DNA from: Candidatus Latescibacterota bacterium
GTDB lineage: Bacteria; Latescibacterota; UBA2968; GCA-2709665
Direction: 5' to 3'
Assembly: GCA_965203805.1 (NCBI GenBank)
Contig: OZ241917.1
Coordinates: 4,512,001 to 4,576,000 of the forward strand
DNA length: 64,000 nucleotides
The position numbers and the translations under genes are program-made. Below are positions 19,826 through 32,213 of the stretch, piece after piece (position 1 is the stretch's first letter; each line of letters opens with the position of its first letter). The notes beneath the pieces are model-generated. The model saw only the letters and a program-made list of their open reading frames with translations, had not been told where the DNA came from and ran no database searches.

Positions 19826-20605
19826 ATGGACTCGACACTACAACAGGAATATGACGAGAAGGGTTACTGCATCGCCCGCTGGGCGATTGACGCGGGTCTG
19901 GCCGCCGAAACGGTCGAGCACGTGCAGTGGCTGGTTGAAAGGCATCCGGACACGCGCCCCGAGCGGTTCCACCACAACCTGCTGGTGAACGACCCGTTCA
20001 TGCACCGGCTGGTCTGCGACGACCGGCTGGTCGACCTCGCGGCGCAGTTCATCGGTCCGAACGTGGCCATGTTCGGCGCGCACTATATCGCCAAGAAACC
20101 CGAAACCGGCCAGGCCGTCCGGTGGCACCAGGATGGGTCGTACTGGCCGCTGGAGCCGATGGAGGTGACCACCCTGTGGGTCGCCGGCAACGACTCAACC
20201 GTGGAAAACGGGTGCATGCGCGTCCTGCCGGGAACGCACACCCGGCGTTTATTGAAGCGTTCGGAGATGGTGGACCTGGATCCGGACAAGTACGTGCTCG
20301 GCATCGGGATGCGTCCGGACCAGATCGACGAGGCCGACGCCGTGGACGTGGTACTCGAGGCCGGGGATATCTCCATCCACCACCCCAATATCATCCACGG
20401 CTCCAACAGCAATACGTCCGACAAGTGGCGGGTGGGGCTCACCCTGCGCTATATTCCCACCAGCACCCGGGTGACGCGGAAAGAACAGCGGTCCATCCTG
20501 TGCTGCGGGGAGGTGGTCCCCGAGGTCGGAAACCACTATGTGCCGAGGCCGAAATACGTCGAGGGCGAACACATGGCCTTCGCCGGGTGCGAAGACTGGG
20601 TGTAG
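19826..20605 (+). CDS. Phytanoyl-CoA dioxygenase (PhyH)-family enzyme
   Basis: WHQDGSYW, ENGCMRVLPGTH, HGS..N.S..R. Confidence 0.9.
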   Translation: MDSTLQQEYDEKGYCIARWAIDAGLAAETVEHVQWLVERHPDTRPERFHHNLLVNDPFMHRLVCDDRLVDLAAQFIGPNVAMFGAHYIAKKPETGQAVRWHQDGSYWPLEPMEVTTLWVAGNDSTVENGCMRVLPGTHTRRLLKRSEMVDLDPDKYVLGIGMRPDQIDEADAVDVVLEAGDISIHHPNIIHGSNSNTSDKWRVGLTLRYIPTSTRVTRKEQRSILCCGEVVPEVGNHYVPRPKYVEGEHMAFAGCEDWV

Positions 20606-20640
20606 GTAGGCCTTGGAGGGAGAACATCCTTCCCAAAATC

Positions 20641-21467
20641 GAGGGTTTCCCTGCCCTCGCCGGCAGATGCGTGAGGCCTTGCCGCCGTCATTTCCGATAT
20701 GGAATTGGATGCAAGGGAAGCAGAAGGCCCTTGATGTGGAGATTTGTAGGTCCTGCGAAGTTCGAGGGCAGGGATGCCCTCGTTCCGGTATCTGGTAGCT
20801 CATGAACTGAAGTAGGGCAGAATTTCCGTTTTGCAGGTATTGATCGGTCACCTGTCCTTACCGGGTAACACGCAGGGCGTGCAAGGTGGCCAGAGGAAAA
20901 AACCGCGCACCTGCGGGGGGTCAATTCGCAGTAGCGATTCACGCCAAACAGGTGTTATTGGCGCAGTAGCAACGAATGCCTTTCCCGGGAGCGAGGGCAT
21001 CCCTGCCCTCGCCGGCAGATGCGGGGGGCCGTGGCGCCGTCATTTCCGACACAGAATTGGCTGCAAAGGAAGCGGTAGGCCCTTGATGTAGATATTGGCG
21101 GGTTACGCGATGTTCGAGGGCAGGGATGCCCTCGGTCCGGACACTGGTGGATCATGAATTGATGTAGGGCAGAATCGGCTCGGTGTCAGGGATGGCATAT
21201 CCGGTGTGGTGCGGATTATCACGACCTGAAGCAATTCCCGCGGATCTCTTCGTGGGAACGAGGGTTCCCCGGGAGCGAGGGCATCCCTGCCCTCGCCGGC
21301 AGATGCGCGGAGCTGTGGCGCCGTCATTTTCGAAATGGAATTGGGTGCAAAGGAAGCTGAAGGCCCTTGATGCGGAGATTGGCGGGTTACGTGATGTTCG
21401 AGGGCAGGGATGCCCTCGGTCCGGTATCTGGTAGCTCATGAACTGATGTAGGGCAGGGATGCCCTCG
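20641..21467. repeat. REP/REPIN array upstream of RAYT: three ~141-bp units plus a half unit
   Basis: GAGGGCATCCCTGCCCTCG ... CGAGGGCAGGGATGCCCTC inverted arms at 20641-20781, 20993-21133, 21277-21417; lone right arm 21450-21467. Confidence 0.9.
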
Positions 21468-21511
21468 CTGTGGATACTGTTTAATCACGTGCTAATGTAG
21501 GGTAGGACACC

Positions 21512-22117
21512 TTGGGTTTCAGAGGACCGACATCACGCGTTAAGCCGTCAAGTAGACTTCACCGCACCCGTCTTCCGCACTTTGAAGCCGGGGAAGTTCC
21601 CCAACACGTTTGCTTTCGACTGGCGGACAGCTTGCCGCAACATCTGCTCCGACAATGGGAGCGAGACCTCGATAGACTTCAGGGAGCGGAACACCAGAAT
21701 CGTCGAAGGATCGAAGAGGCGCTGGATCAGGGCCATGGCGCCTGCTGGTTGCGCCTGCCTGCCATCGCCGCACTGGTGCGTGATGCCTTTCAGTACTTCG
21801 ATGGCCACCTGTATCATCTGCATGCATGGGTGGTCATGCCCAATCATGTCCACGTGTTGGCGACACCGCTTGGCAACCACTCGTTGTCTGGCATCGTACA
21901 CTCCTGGAAGTCGTACACTGCTAGCCATGCTAACAAGATGCTGAAACGCAAGGGGAAGTTCTGGCATGAGGACTACTTTGACCGGTTCATTCGCGACGAA
22001 GATCACTTCGGCGAAATTGTCAGATATATTCACTGGAACCCGGTGAAGGCAGGGTTGTGCACGGACCCTGAAGATTGGGAATGGAGCGATTTTTGCAATC
22101 GGTGTTCGCGGGATTGA
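21512..22117 (+). CDS. REP-associated tyrosine transposase (RAYT/TnpA-REP, Y1 HUH)
   Basis: LPH, FRLADSLP, MPNHVH (HUH), SWKSYT, W...YFDR.IR, YI..NPVKAGL; flanked by REPs on both sides. Confidence 0.9.
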   Translation: MGFRGPTSRVKPSSRLHRTRLPHFEAGEVPQHVCFRLADSLPQHLLRQWERDLDRLQGAEHQNRRRIEEALDQGHGACWLRLPAIAALVRDAFQYFDGHLYHLHAWVVMPNHVHVLATPLGNHSLSGIVHSWKSYTASHANKMLKRKGKFWHEDYFDRFIRDEDHFGEIVRYIHWNPVKAGLCTDPEDWEWSDFCNRCSRD

Positions 22118-22822
22118 TGGCACCCTGCCTGCGCCGAGTTCTGCTCGGCAGGCAGGTCCTGCCCTCGACGCGTAGCGCCAGGCGCGATCCGTTGGGTGCG
22201 AGGATGCCTTTCCCGGGACCGAGGGCATCCCTGCCCTCGCCGGCAGATGCGCGGTGCCGTGGCGCCGTCATTTCCGATATGGTTTCGGATGAATGGGAAC
22301 GATAAGCCCTTGATGTGGAAATTGGCGGGTTACGCGAAGTTCGAGGGCAGGGATGCCCTCGGTCCGGTATCTGGTAGATCATGAACTGATGTAGGGCAGG
22401 TGTGCCGTCGGTCCGGATACTGGTGGATCATGTATTGATGAAGGGCAGAATTGGCTCGTTGTCAGGGATGGCACATCCGGTGTGGTGCGGGTTTTCACGA
22501 CGTGAAGCAATTCCAGCGGATCTCGTCCCGGGATCGAGGGTTTCCCGGGAGCGAGGGCATCCCTGCCCTCGCCGGCAGATGCGCGGAGCTGTGGCGCCGT
22601 CATTTCCAAAATGGAATTGGACGAATGGGAGCGACAAGCCCTTGATGCGGAGATTGGCGGGTTACGCGAAGTTCGAGGGCAGGGATGCCCTCGGTCCGGT
22701 ATCTGGTAGCGCATGAACTGATGTAGGGCAGGGATGCCCTCGGTCCGGATACTGGAGGATCATGTACTGATGAAGGGCAGAACCGGCTCGGTGTCAGGGA
22801 TGGCACATCCGGGGTGCTGGCG
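22116..22822. repeat. REP/REPIN array downstream of RAYT: two ~140-bp units plus partial arms
   Basis: Units 22221-22360 and 22553-22692; degenerate or partial arms at ~22116-22167, ~22393 and 22724-22741. Confidence 0.9.
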
Positions 22823-22855
22823 AATTCGCATTCGTAACGTCGATATCAATCCCAA

Positions 22856-26428
<3,573 letters not shown>

Positions 26429-26468
26429 CGGGAGGAAAACCGTTTCGAGAGGATCGCCAAATCGGTTC

Positions 26469-26506
26469 TTGACACCGTCCACGAAAATCGTTACCTTTTA
26501 CGTAAT
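26469..26506 (+). promoter_or_regulatory. Sigma70-like promoter with operator-like GTTAC-N7-GTAA(T)
   Basis: TTGACA...AAATCGTTACCTTTTACGTAAT; near copy at 27207-27245. Confidence 0.55.
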
Positions 26507-26556
26507 GAAAATGGACATATTCACGCAGTTCCCGTCAAAACCGAAAGGTGGAACCG

Positions 26557-26814
26557 ATGCCGAAGAAAGAACGAGACACCGTCACATACGACCTCAAACA
26601 AGGCCGTGAAATAGTCTACCGTGGAACCACCAGCGATCCGGATGCGCGAGAGCGGAGCCACAGAGCAGAGGGTAAGGATTTCGATCAGCTGAAGGTAACA
26701 TCAAGACGAATGACGAGAGAGGGGGCGGAGAAGAAGGAAGCCGAGAATCTGGAGACGTACCGAAAGGGACACGGTGGAAGAAATCCAAAATACAACAAGG
26801 CGGAGGACGGATAG
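26557..26814 (+). CDS. Small stand-alone GIY-YIG-like protein
   Basis: TYDL.....VYRGTT.DP..R...H, later E..E and PKYN; AGGTGG RBS. Confidence 0.6.
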   Translation: MPKKERDTVTYDLKQGREIVYRGTTSDPDARERSHRAEGKDFDQLKVTSRRMTREGAEKKEAENLETYRKGHGGRNPKYNKAEDG

Positions 26815-26934
26815 ATCTTCTACAACTCTCCCAGCACGGCTTCGCCCTGTTCAGCCGTAACCGAATGGGTGGCAGTGAACGCGTGAGCCCGTTCGATGTA
26901 CCAATCAATTCCCCCTAGAGGTGGAGTCGCGAAG

Positions 26935-27001
26935 GCCGAGCCTGATCCCTGAGCCGGTGCCCTGAGCCTGTCGAAGGGTTGTCGAAGGGTCAGGCGACGG
27001 C
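26935..27001. repeat. Nested short palindromic elements
   Basis: GCCGAGCCTGA[TCCCTGAGCC(GGTG CCCTGAGCCTGTCGAAGGG)TTGTCGAAGGG]TCAGGCGACGGC. Confidence 0.75.
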
Positions 27002-27206
27002 TGATGCGGTAGTGGATTTCAACGCCTTATCGACATGAGAGCAGCGTGAATCGAGATGAACGCATTTTGCGTTATGATTACGCTATAAGACCCAGAAGGA
27101 CTGAAAGATCCCAAATCCAGACAGTTATGTAGCCCAAGTAACGAATCTTACCCCGCGCGATTTCTCAAACGAATCCTGTCCGCCAAATACCTATACCAAT
27201 CCTTCC

Positions 27207-27245
27207 TTGACGTACCCTCACCCAAATCGTTACCTTCCGCGTAAC
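27207..27245 (+). promoter_or_regulatory. higBA promoter/operator
   Basis: TTGACG...AAATCGTTACCTTCCGCGTAAC immediately before the ATG; palindrome GTTAC-N7-GTAAC. Confidence 0.6.
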
Positions 27246-27246
27246 G

Positions 27247-27582
27247 ATGACAGTCGCCTTCAAAACCCGAAAGCTCGAAAAGACCTTAAACTCCGGGAGC
27301 CTCCTTGAGAGGACGTACGGAAAGAGCAGGGCTCGGGCAATCATGATGCGGCTCGCCGTTCTTGCGAACGCGCCGACACTCGCCGCCGTTCCTCACACAC
27401 CCCCCGAACGACGACATCAGCTTACAGGTGATCGTGAAGGGCTGTACGCGGTAAATCTCGATGATCGCGCGCGGCTGATTCTTGCGCCGAATCACGACCC
27501 TGTACCCGTCCTGGACGACGGCGGAATCGACATCCAACGCGTCACGGCAATTACGATCATGGAGGTCACAGACTATCACTAA
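27247..27582 (+). CDS. higB: HigB/RelE-like toxin (plasmid maintenance killer type)
   Basis: F.T.KL.K, P..R.H.L.GDR.G..AV.L, C-terminal I.EV.DYH; toxin-first order. Confidence 0.85.
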   Translation: MTVAFKTRKLEKTLNSGSLLERTYGKSRARAIMMRLAVLANAPTLAAVPHTPPERRHQLTGDREGLYAVNLDDRARLILAPNHDPVPVLDDGGIDIQRVTAITIMEVTDYH

Positions 27583-27595
27583 AGGAGACCGAGTG

Positions 27596-28678
27596 ATGGC
27601 GACGAACCAGTACCGCCCCGACTACGCGGTTCCCCCTGGCTGGGTTCTCGCAGAGCGTCTCGAAGCCCAGGGCATTTCACATGCCGAGTTTGCAAGACGA
27701 TGCGACCGCTCGGGAAAGCTCATCAGCGAGATCGTTTCCGGAAAAGCCCCCATCGAGGCAAAGACTGCGCTTCAATTCGAGAGAGTACTTGGGGTCGATG
27801 CGGATATCTGGTTGGGAATTGAGAAGGACTATCAGTTGCACCAGATCAGGGAGTCTGAGGCCAGGCAAGCAGAAGCGTTAGCGGAGTGGGCGAAGACTTT
27901 CCCGCTCGGCGAATTGGCCAAACGAGGGGCGATTCGTACGCGCTCGGCCAGCAGAGAAGCGTATTCGGAACTGATGGCATTCTTTCGTGTGGCGTCGATC
28001 GACGCGTGGCATGTCAGATACGGGAAGGCGAACATCGCATACCGGCACTCGCCGAGTTTCAAAAGCGACGAAAACTCGCTCGCGACCTGGCTTCGACTCG
28101 CGGAGATCGACGCTGAAGCACAGAAGTGTAACGAATACGACAGGTCGGCCTTTATGGGTGCGTTGCGCCGGATCCGCAGGCTGACTCGCGCGCCATTCGA
28201 TGAGGCTCGTGATCAGACCCACGAGCTTTGCAACCACGCAGGCGTTGCGCTTGCGATGATCGAACCGCTACCAAAAGCCAGCCTTAGTGGCGCTGCGTGG
28301 TGGTTATCCCCCCGCAAACCCGTCATCGCCCTTAGCGCGCGCCACAGGACCGACGACCACCTCTGGTTCAGTCTGTTTCACGAGGCTGCACACATCCTTA
28401 TTCACAGCAAGAGAGACGTTTTCGTCGACGAAGCCAAACCCGGCGGGGCCGACCTCGAAACAGAGGCGAATGAATGGGCCTCGCACTTCCTTGTTTCGCA
28501 GTCGAACTGGCAGCAATTCGTAGATGAAGGGAGATTTACCAGTTTGGAGATTCGCGATTTTGCCGAAGAACAGGGAATCGCGCCGGGTATTGTTGTTGGA
28601 AGACTTCAACATGAAAGGCACATCGGGTGGGATCGTCTTAACGATCTCAAAGTGCGTTTGGAGTGGGTTGAGAATTGA
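27596..28678 (+). CDS. higA: HigA antitoxin fused to ImmA/IrrE-like metallopeptidase
   Basis: PPG..L...L HTH N-terminus; WFSLFHEAAH (HExxH); AAGGAG RBS. Confidence 0.85.
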   Translation: MATNQYRPDYAVPPGWVLAERLEAQGISHAEFARRCDRSGKLISEIVSGKAPIEAKTALQFERVLGVDADIWLGIEKDYQLHQIRESEARQAEALAEWAKTFPLGELAKRGAIRTRSASREAYSELMAFFRVASIDAWHVRYGKANIAYRHSPSFKSDENSLATWLRLAEIDAEAQKCNEYDRSAFMGALRRIRRLTRAPFDEARDQTHELCNHAGVALAMIEPLPKASLSGAAWWLSPRKPVIALSARHRTDDHLWFSLFHEAAHILIHSKRDVFVDEAKPGGADLETEANEWASHFLVSQSNWQQFVDEGRFTSLEIRDFAEEQGIAPGIVVGRLQHERHIGWDRLNDLKVRLEWVEN

Positions 28679-28973
28679 TGAGAGAGTCAATGAGAAACAC
28701 CTCTTGCAGTGCGCGGGACCGTAGCTCCGTTTTGGTTTATGGACTTCATCCCTCGCAGTTTTTATCAAACTGAACTTCGGAACTATGCTGAGGAACTTCC
28801 GTGTCTAAGCTGCGATTTCACACCGTCGATACGTCCGTCGGATAAAGCTATTATTCACATAGCAGTTCCTCTTCAGAAAACCAACTAAACTGTAAAATCT
28901 TGGTGTCTTCGTCTGTGGCCAGAGAGTGAAAGAAAAGCCGACAGTGCGGCTAGAGTTGGGTAAGAGGACAAGC

Positions 28974-29333
28974 ATGACGCGAGAAATTACAGTTCGAGTA
29001 TTTGACATCATTGGTGGTCCGCTTTGCGTATCTACCAGCGACGGCCAACGTCTGTACGACAGGATTGCTCCACTCTTGAGGACAGGGACGCCGGTCGTTC
29101 TTTCCTTCGAACGGATAGAGATTTTCGTCGCGGCCTTTCTCGACGCGGCGGTGGGTCAGCTTTACGGCGAGTTACCCGACGATAGCATCAGTGCATTGCT
29201 CTCGTTTCGCGATCTGGCGGATGACGACCGTGAGATGCTGGACCGTGTAATTGAAAACGCAAAACTGTACTTCAAGACCCCCGAAGATTTCGATCGCGTG
29301 TGGCATGAGGAGCTGGGCGTTGAAGAAGAATAA
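28974..29333 (+). CDS. STAS-like DUF4325 protein
   Basis: S..DG..LY..I, V.LSF..I....AFL..AVGQLY. Confidence 0.75.
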   Translation: MTREITVRVFDIIGGPLCVSTSDGQRLYDRIAPLLRTGTPVVLSFERIEIFVAAFLDAAVGQLYGELPDDSISALLSFRDLADDDREMLDRVIENAKLYFKTPEDFDRVWHEELGVEEE

Positions 29334-29384
29334 GGCGTACGACGTGGTTGCAAATCGGTTTAGCGGAAGTGAGACGTTTTTGCT

Positions 29385-29730
29385 CGATGCGAACGCTCGG
29401 CGAAACTCATCAGCGAGATCATCTCCGGGAAAGCTCCGATTGAGCCGAACACGGCCCTTCGGTTCGAAAGGGTGCTGGGGGTCAGTGCGGACATCTGGTT
29501 GGGTGTTGAAAAGGACTATCAGATACATCAAATCCGGGAAGCCGATCCGAGGGTAGTTTAGCGCATACCGGTGCCGAAGGTGCGTTCAGGAGTCCGGACG
29601 TATTTCGTTTTGCCGACGAGCGGAACATAGCGCCCGGTATCGTCATCGGAAGGCTCCAGCACGAACGGCATATCGGGTGGAACCGGCTGAACGATATGAA
29701 GGTGCGTTTGGAGTGGGTTGAAAATTGATG
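29385..29730 (+). pseudogene. Degenerate, internally deleted second copy of higA
   Basis: 29385-29541 resembles higA ~27700-27860; ~29603-29730 resembles the higA 3' end including GTGCGTTTGGAGTGGGTTGA.AATTGATG. Confidence 0.8.
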
Positions 29731-29741
29731 CCCGAATGAGC

Positions 29742-29800
29742 AAAAAGAAACGCCCCTTTCGGGGCGTCGGGCCGGAGATGCTATCTCCGGCGGGGTGATA
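29742..29800 (-). ncRNA. Candidate ~60-nt small RNA (hairpin plus terminator)
   Basis: GCCGGAGAT..ATCTCCGGC hairpin then ACGCCCC-GAAA-GGGGCGT-TTCTTTTT; directly downstream of TTGACA-17-TATTAT once the IS1595 is removed. Confidence 0.45.
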
Positions 29801-29909
29801 CCTAAATAATAGGGGATTATAACTTAAAGTGCCAAAAAGTTCTTGCCATCGCCTTTGGATATAGTTATATTTAACTGTAAACAATGACGATACGATAAGA
29901 GAAAGGTGG

Positions 29910-30860
29910 TTGGCGATGGCACATGAGGCACCTGGAAAGCATTATCGAGAGGGCTTGTCGTTGGTGAAACTGTTTGACATGTTTCCTGATGATGCATCTG
30001 CAGAAGCATTTTTCATGCAGGCAAGATGGCCTGATGGTCCTGTCTGTCCGCACTGCAATTCTGACAATATTCAGGTTGGCATTGCTCACAAAACCATGCC
30101 TATGCGGTGTAGGAGGAACGGTTGTCGGAAGCGTTTTAGTGTGAGAGTTGGTACGGCAATGGAGTCTTCAAAACTGGGATATAGGGTCTGGATTATAGCT
30201 ATTTATCTGATGACAACCAGTTTGAAGGGCGTGTCTTCTATGAAACTTCACAGAGACTTGGAAGTAGCTCAGAAGAGTGCCTGGCACCTGGCTCATAGAA
30301 TCAGGAAGGGTCTTGTTTCTGGTAGTGAGTTTTTCTCTGGACCGGTAGAGGTTGATGAAACGTACGTCGGGGGCAAAGAGTCGAACAAGCATGCCAGTGA
30401 GAAGTTGAGAGCAGGACGTGGGACTGTGGGGAAGGCCCCAGTCGTTGGAGCTAAGGATAGGGAGACAGGTCGTGTGAAAGCAGAGGTGTCTGAGAATGTT
30501 ACTGGTGAGAATATGAGAGACTTTATTCGCCGCAGTGTTCGGCAGGGTGCAGAGGTTTTTACTGACGAGTCTACTGTTTATAGAGGACTGTCAGGGGTAC
30601 ATCATAAGCAGGTAAAGCACAGTGCTGGTGAGTATGTAAATGACCTTTGCAGTACAAACGGCTTGGAAAGCTTTTGGTCTATGCTGAAGCGTGGTTATAA
30701 TGGTACGTATCACAAGATGTCTGTAAAGCATCTTGCAAGGTATGTAAATGAGTTTGCAGGTAGACACAACATCCGCGAGTTCGACACGCTGGCGCAGATG
30801 GAAAAGGTTGCTCAGGCTATGGTCGGCAAGCGACTCAAATACAAGGAACTGACAGCATGA
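29910..30860 (+). CDS. IS1595 (ISXO2-like) DDE transposase
   Basis: RWPDGPVCPHC zinc ribbon; VEVDETYVGG, TDE, NGLESFWS, Y.NEF..R.N. Confidence 0.93.
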   Translation: MAMAHEAPGKHYREGLSLVKLFDMFPDDASAEAFFMQARWPDGPVCPHCNSDNIQVGIAHKTMPMRCRRNGCRKRFSVRVGTAMESSKLGYRVWIIAIYLMTTSLKGVSSMKLHRDLEVAQKSAWHLAHRIRKGLVSGSEFFSGPVEVDETYVGGKESNKHASEKLRAGRGTVGKAPVVGAKDRETGRVKAEVSENVTGENMRDFIRRSVRQGAEVFTDESTVYRGLSGVHHKQVKHSAGEYVNDLCSTNGLESFWSMLKRGYNGTYHKMSVKHLARYVNEFAGRHNIREFDTLAQMEKVAQAMVGKRLKYKELTA

Positions 30861-31054
30861 CTAAGGTTGTTGAAGGTCGCGTAGATCCAATCGAATTTGA
30901 GAAAAGAGCAGTCGAACGAGATCTCGCTGCTTTGTCGAAAGCCCTGGCTGCGATCTTAAACGAGACTCGTGCTTCTTCATCTTTTCCAAAAAAGACTGTA
31001 TGGGGTCGAATATCTTCGTGGTTTCGTCACCCCCTTCGAGATCAGAAACTGTAA
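30857..31054 (+). CDS. Small hypothetical protein (antisense-overlap pair 1, plus strand)
   Basis: ATGA-coupled to transposase stop; similar to 31284-31475. Confidence 0.45.
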   Translation: MTKVVEGRVDPIEFEKRAVERDLAALSKALAAILNETRASSSFPKKTVWGRISSWFRHPLRDQKL

Positions 31055-31154
31055 GAGAGAGAGCCACATTATACCTTGAAAGAACTTCGGCAATATCGTC
31101 TATTTCGTAGTCCTCAAACTTAGACAACTGATTTTCAATTCTCCTTTTACTCAC
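30861..31154 (-). CDS. Hypothetical protein (pair 1, minus strand)
   Basis: AAAGGGG RBS before GTG; paralog of 31288-31560 (AL..TV, DP...FLE, LS..QRD). Confidence 0.6.
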   Translation of the reverse strand: MSKRRIENQLSKFEDYEIDDIAEVLSRYNVALSLTVSDLEGGDETTKIFDPIQSFLEKMKKHESRLRSQPGLSTKQRDLVRLLFSQIRLDLRDLQQP

Positions 31155-31283
31155 GAGGTTTTCCCCTTTCATGAAAAAAGCCCTGAGGGCGTAGCATACC
31201 AGTCTCCTTGTAGTTTAAACTCTAACGAAGAAAGTAGGCGGCGTGCTTTTCCAGACTCCGCAGGAACGAAGGGAGTTGATAGC

Positions 31284-31475
31284 GTGGTCAAGACTGTCGA
31301 TGACCGTCAAGAACGCCGGCGCGAAGTGTTGAATGCAGAGTTTTTAAAAAATCGCGCTGCGGTGAAGAAAGGGCTTGAACAGTTTGTATCTCATCTACCT
31401 GAAAGTCCAACTCTTCAAGAAACGCCTTTACGGGATCTGGTTTCTGAGATATATCGTCGAGTTCTAAGACGGTAA
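31284..31475 (+). CDS. Small hypothetical protein (pair 2, plus strand)
   Basis: AAGGGAG RBS; similar to 30857-31054. Confidence 0.45.
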   Translation: MVKTVDDRQERRREVLNAEFLKNRAAVKKGLEQFVSHLPESPTLQETPLRDLVSEIYRRVLRR

Positions 31476-31560
31476 ACTGTAGGGCGGTGACGAACGCTCC
31501 TATAGAGTCCTCAATGCCTCTGAATAGATCATCGAATTTGGGACCCTGTTTTCTGGCCAT
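31288..31560 (-). CDS. Hypothetical protein (pair 2, minus strand)
   Basis: AGGAG RBS; paralog of 30861-31154. Confidence 0.6.
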   Translation of the reverse strand: MARKQGPKFDDLFRGIEDSIGAFVTALQFTVLELDDISQKPDPVKAFLEELDFQVDEIQTVQALSSPQRDFLKTLHSTLRAGVLDGHRQS

Positions 31561-31629
31561 TGAGGCTCCTCTGGGTAGAAAGAAGGGAAGAGAAGTGGAT
31601 TTTCCGGAGGAAGTTTACTGGATTGATTG

Positions 31630-32022
31630 TTACCTCAGTGTATCAATCCTGTCAGTAAACCTGCTTCTGGCCTTATTATGAGCCAGGATTCTGGAATAAT
31701 CGCCACCACCTCTGTAAGAATACATGTTCGCTCTGCTTCTTATCCTATTTCTCGCATCTCTTGGAAGGTGGTTAGTAATTTCTGCAACAATAGTTTCCAG
31801 AAATACAACCTGACCCTCCAGCTCTGTTATTCTTTGCTGGTCAGAAGCATTTGAAGCTCTTCCCGGACCGGCAAGAATAAGTACAGAAACCAAAAGGACA
31901 ACGAGAGTAATACCTACAATGCTTTTGAGGAGAGTGCCGAACCCTTCCATCGCAAGCCTCCTAACGATGATGTGGACATTTTTGGTACCTGGCAAAAGGT
32001 GCCGGGCAGTGTCCACAATCAC
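31630..32022 (-). CDS. Membrane-anchored hypothetical protein (IS cargo; true start probably at MEGFG)
   Basis: AGGAGG before internal Met; TM helix then coiled coil. Confidence 0.55.
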   Translation of the reverse strand: MIVDTARHLLPGTKNVHIIVRRLAMEGFGTLLKSIVGITLVVLLVSVLILAGPGRASNASDQQRITELEGQVVFLETIVAEITNHLPRDARNRIRSRANMYSYRGGGDYSRILAHNKARSRFTDRIDTLR

Positions 32023-32167
32023 GCAAAGAGTATGCGGGAAGGTTCCTGCTTATTCGCCAGAGATCAGGGAGCTACCCTTCTCTCGTGGTTTTCGGCTGTT
32101 GTATTTGGCAGGCTACCCGACATGCGGGCTTTGCCTGATTGCGGACATTTGGAGTATATGTTATTAG

Positions 32168-32196
32168 TTGACAAAACGCAAGAGGAAAAATAAATT
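32168..32196 (+). promoter_or_regulatory. Sigma70-like promoter in IS cargo
   Basis: TTGACA-17-TAAATT followed by GGAGG RBS and ATG at 32214. Confidence 0.6.
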
Positions 32197-32213
32197 TATA
32201 CTGGAGGCTGGTT

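Noticed and set aside
21754-21763. CCTGCCTGCC half-site in the RAYT coding region
   Set aside because: Half motif only, in frame within conserved WLRLPAIA; likely chance
20613-22806. Short mutually similar ORFs (RGHPCPR / GQGCPR) here and at 56.8-57.3 kb
   Set aside because: Translations of the non-coding repeats in several frames; no RBS or consistent frame
20641-22822. CRISPR array
   Set aside because: Repeats alternate in orientation, intervening sequences are homologous and over 100 bp, no cas genes are present, and a RAYT sits in the middle
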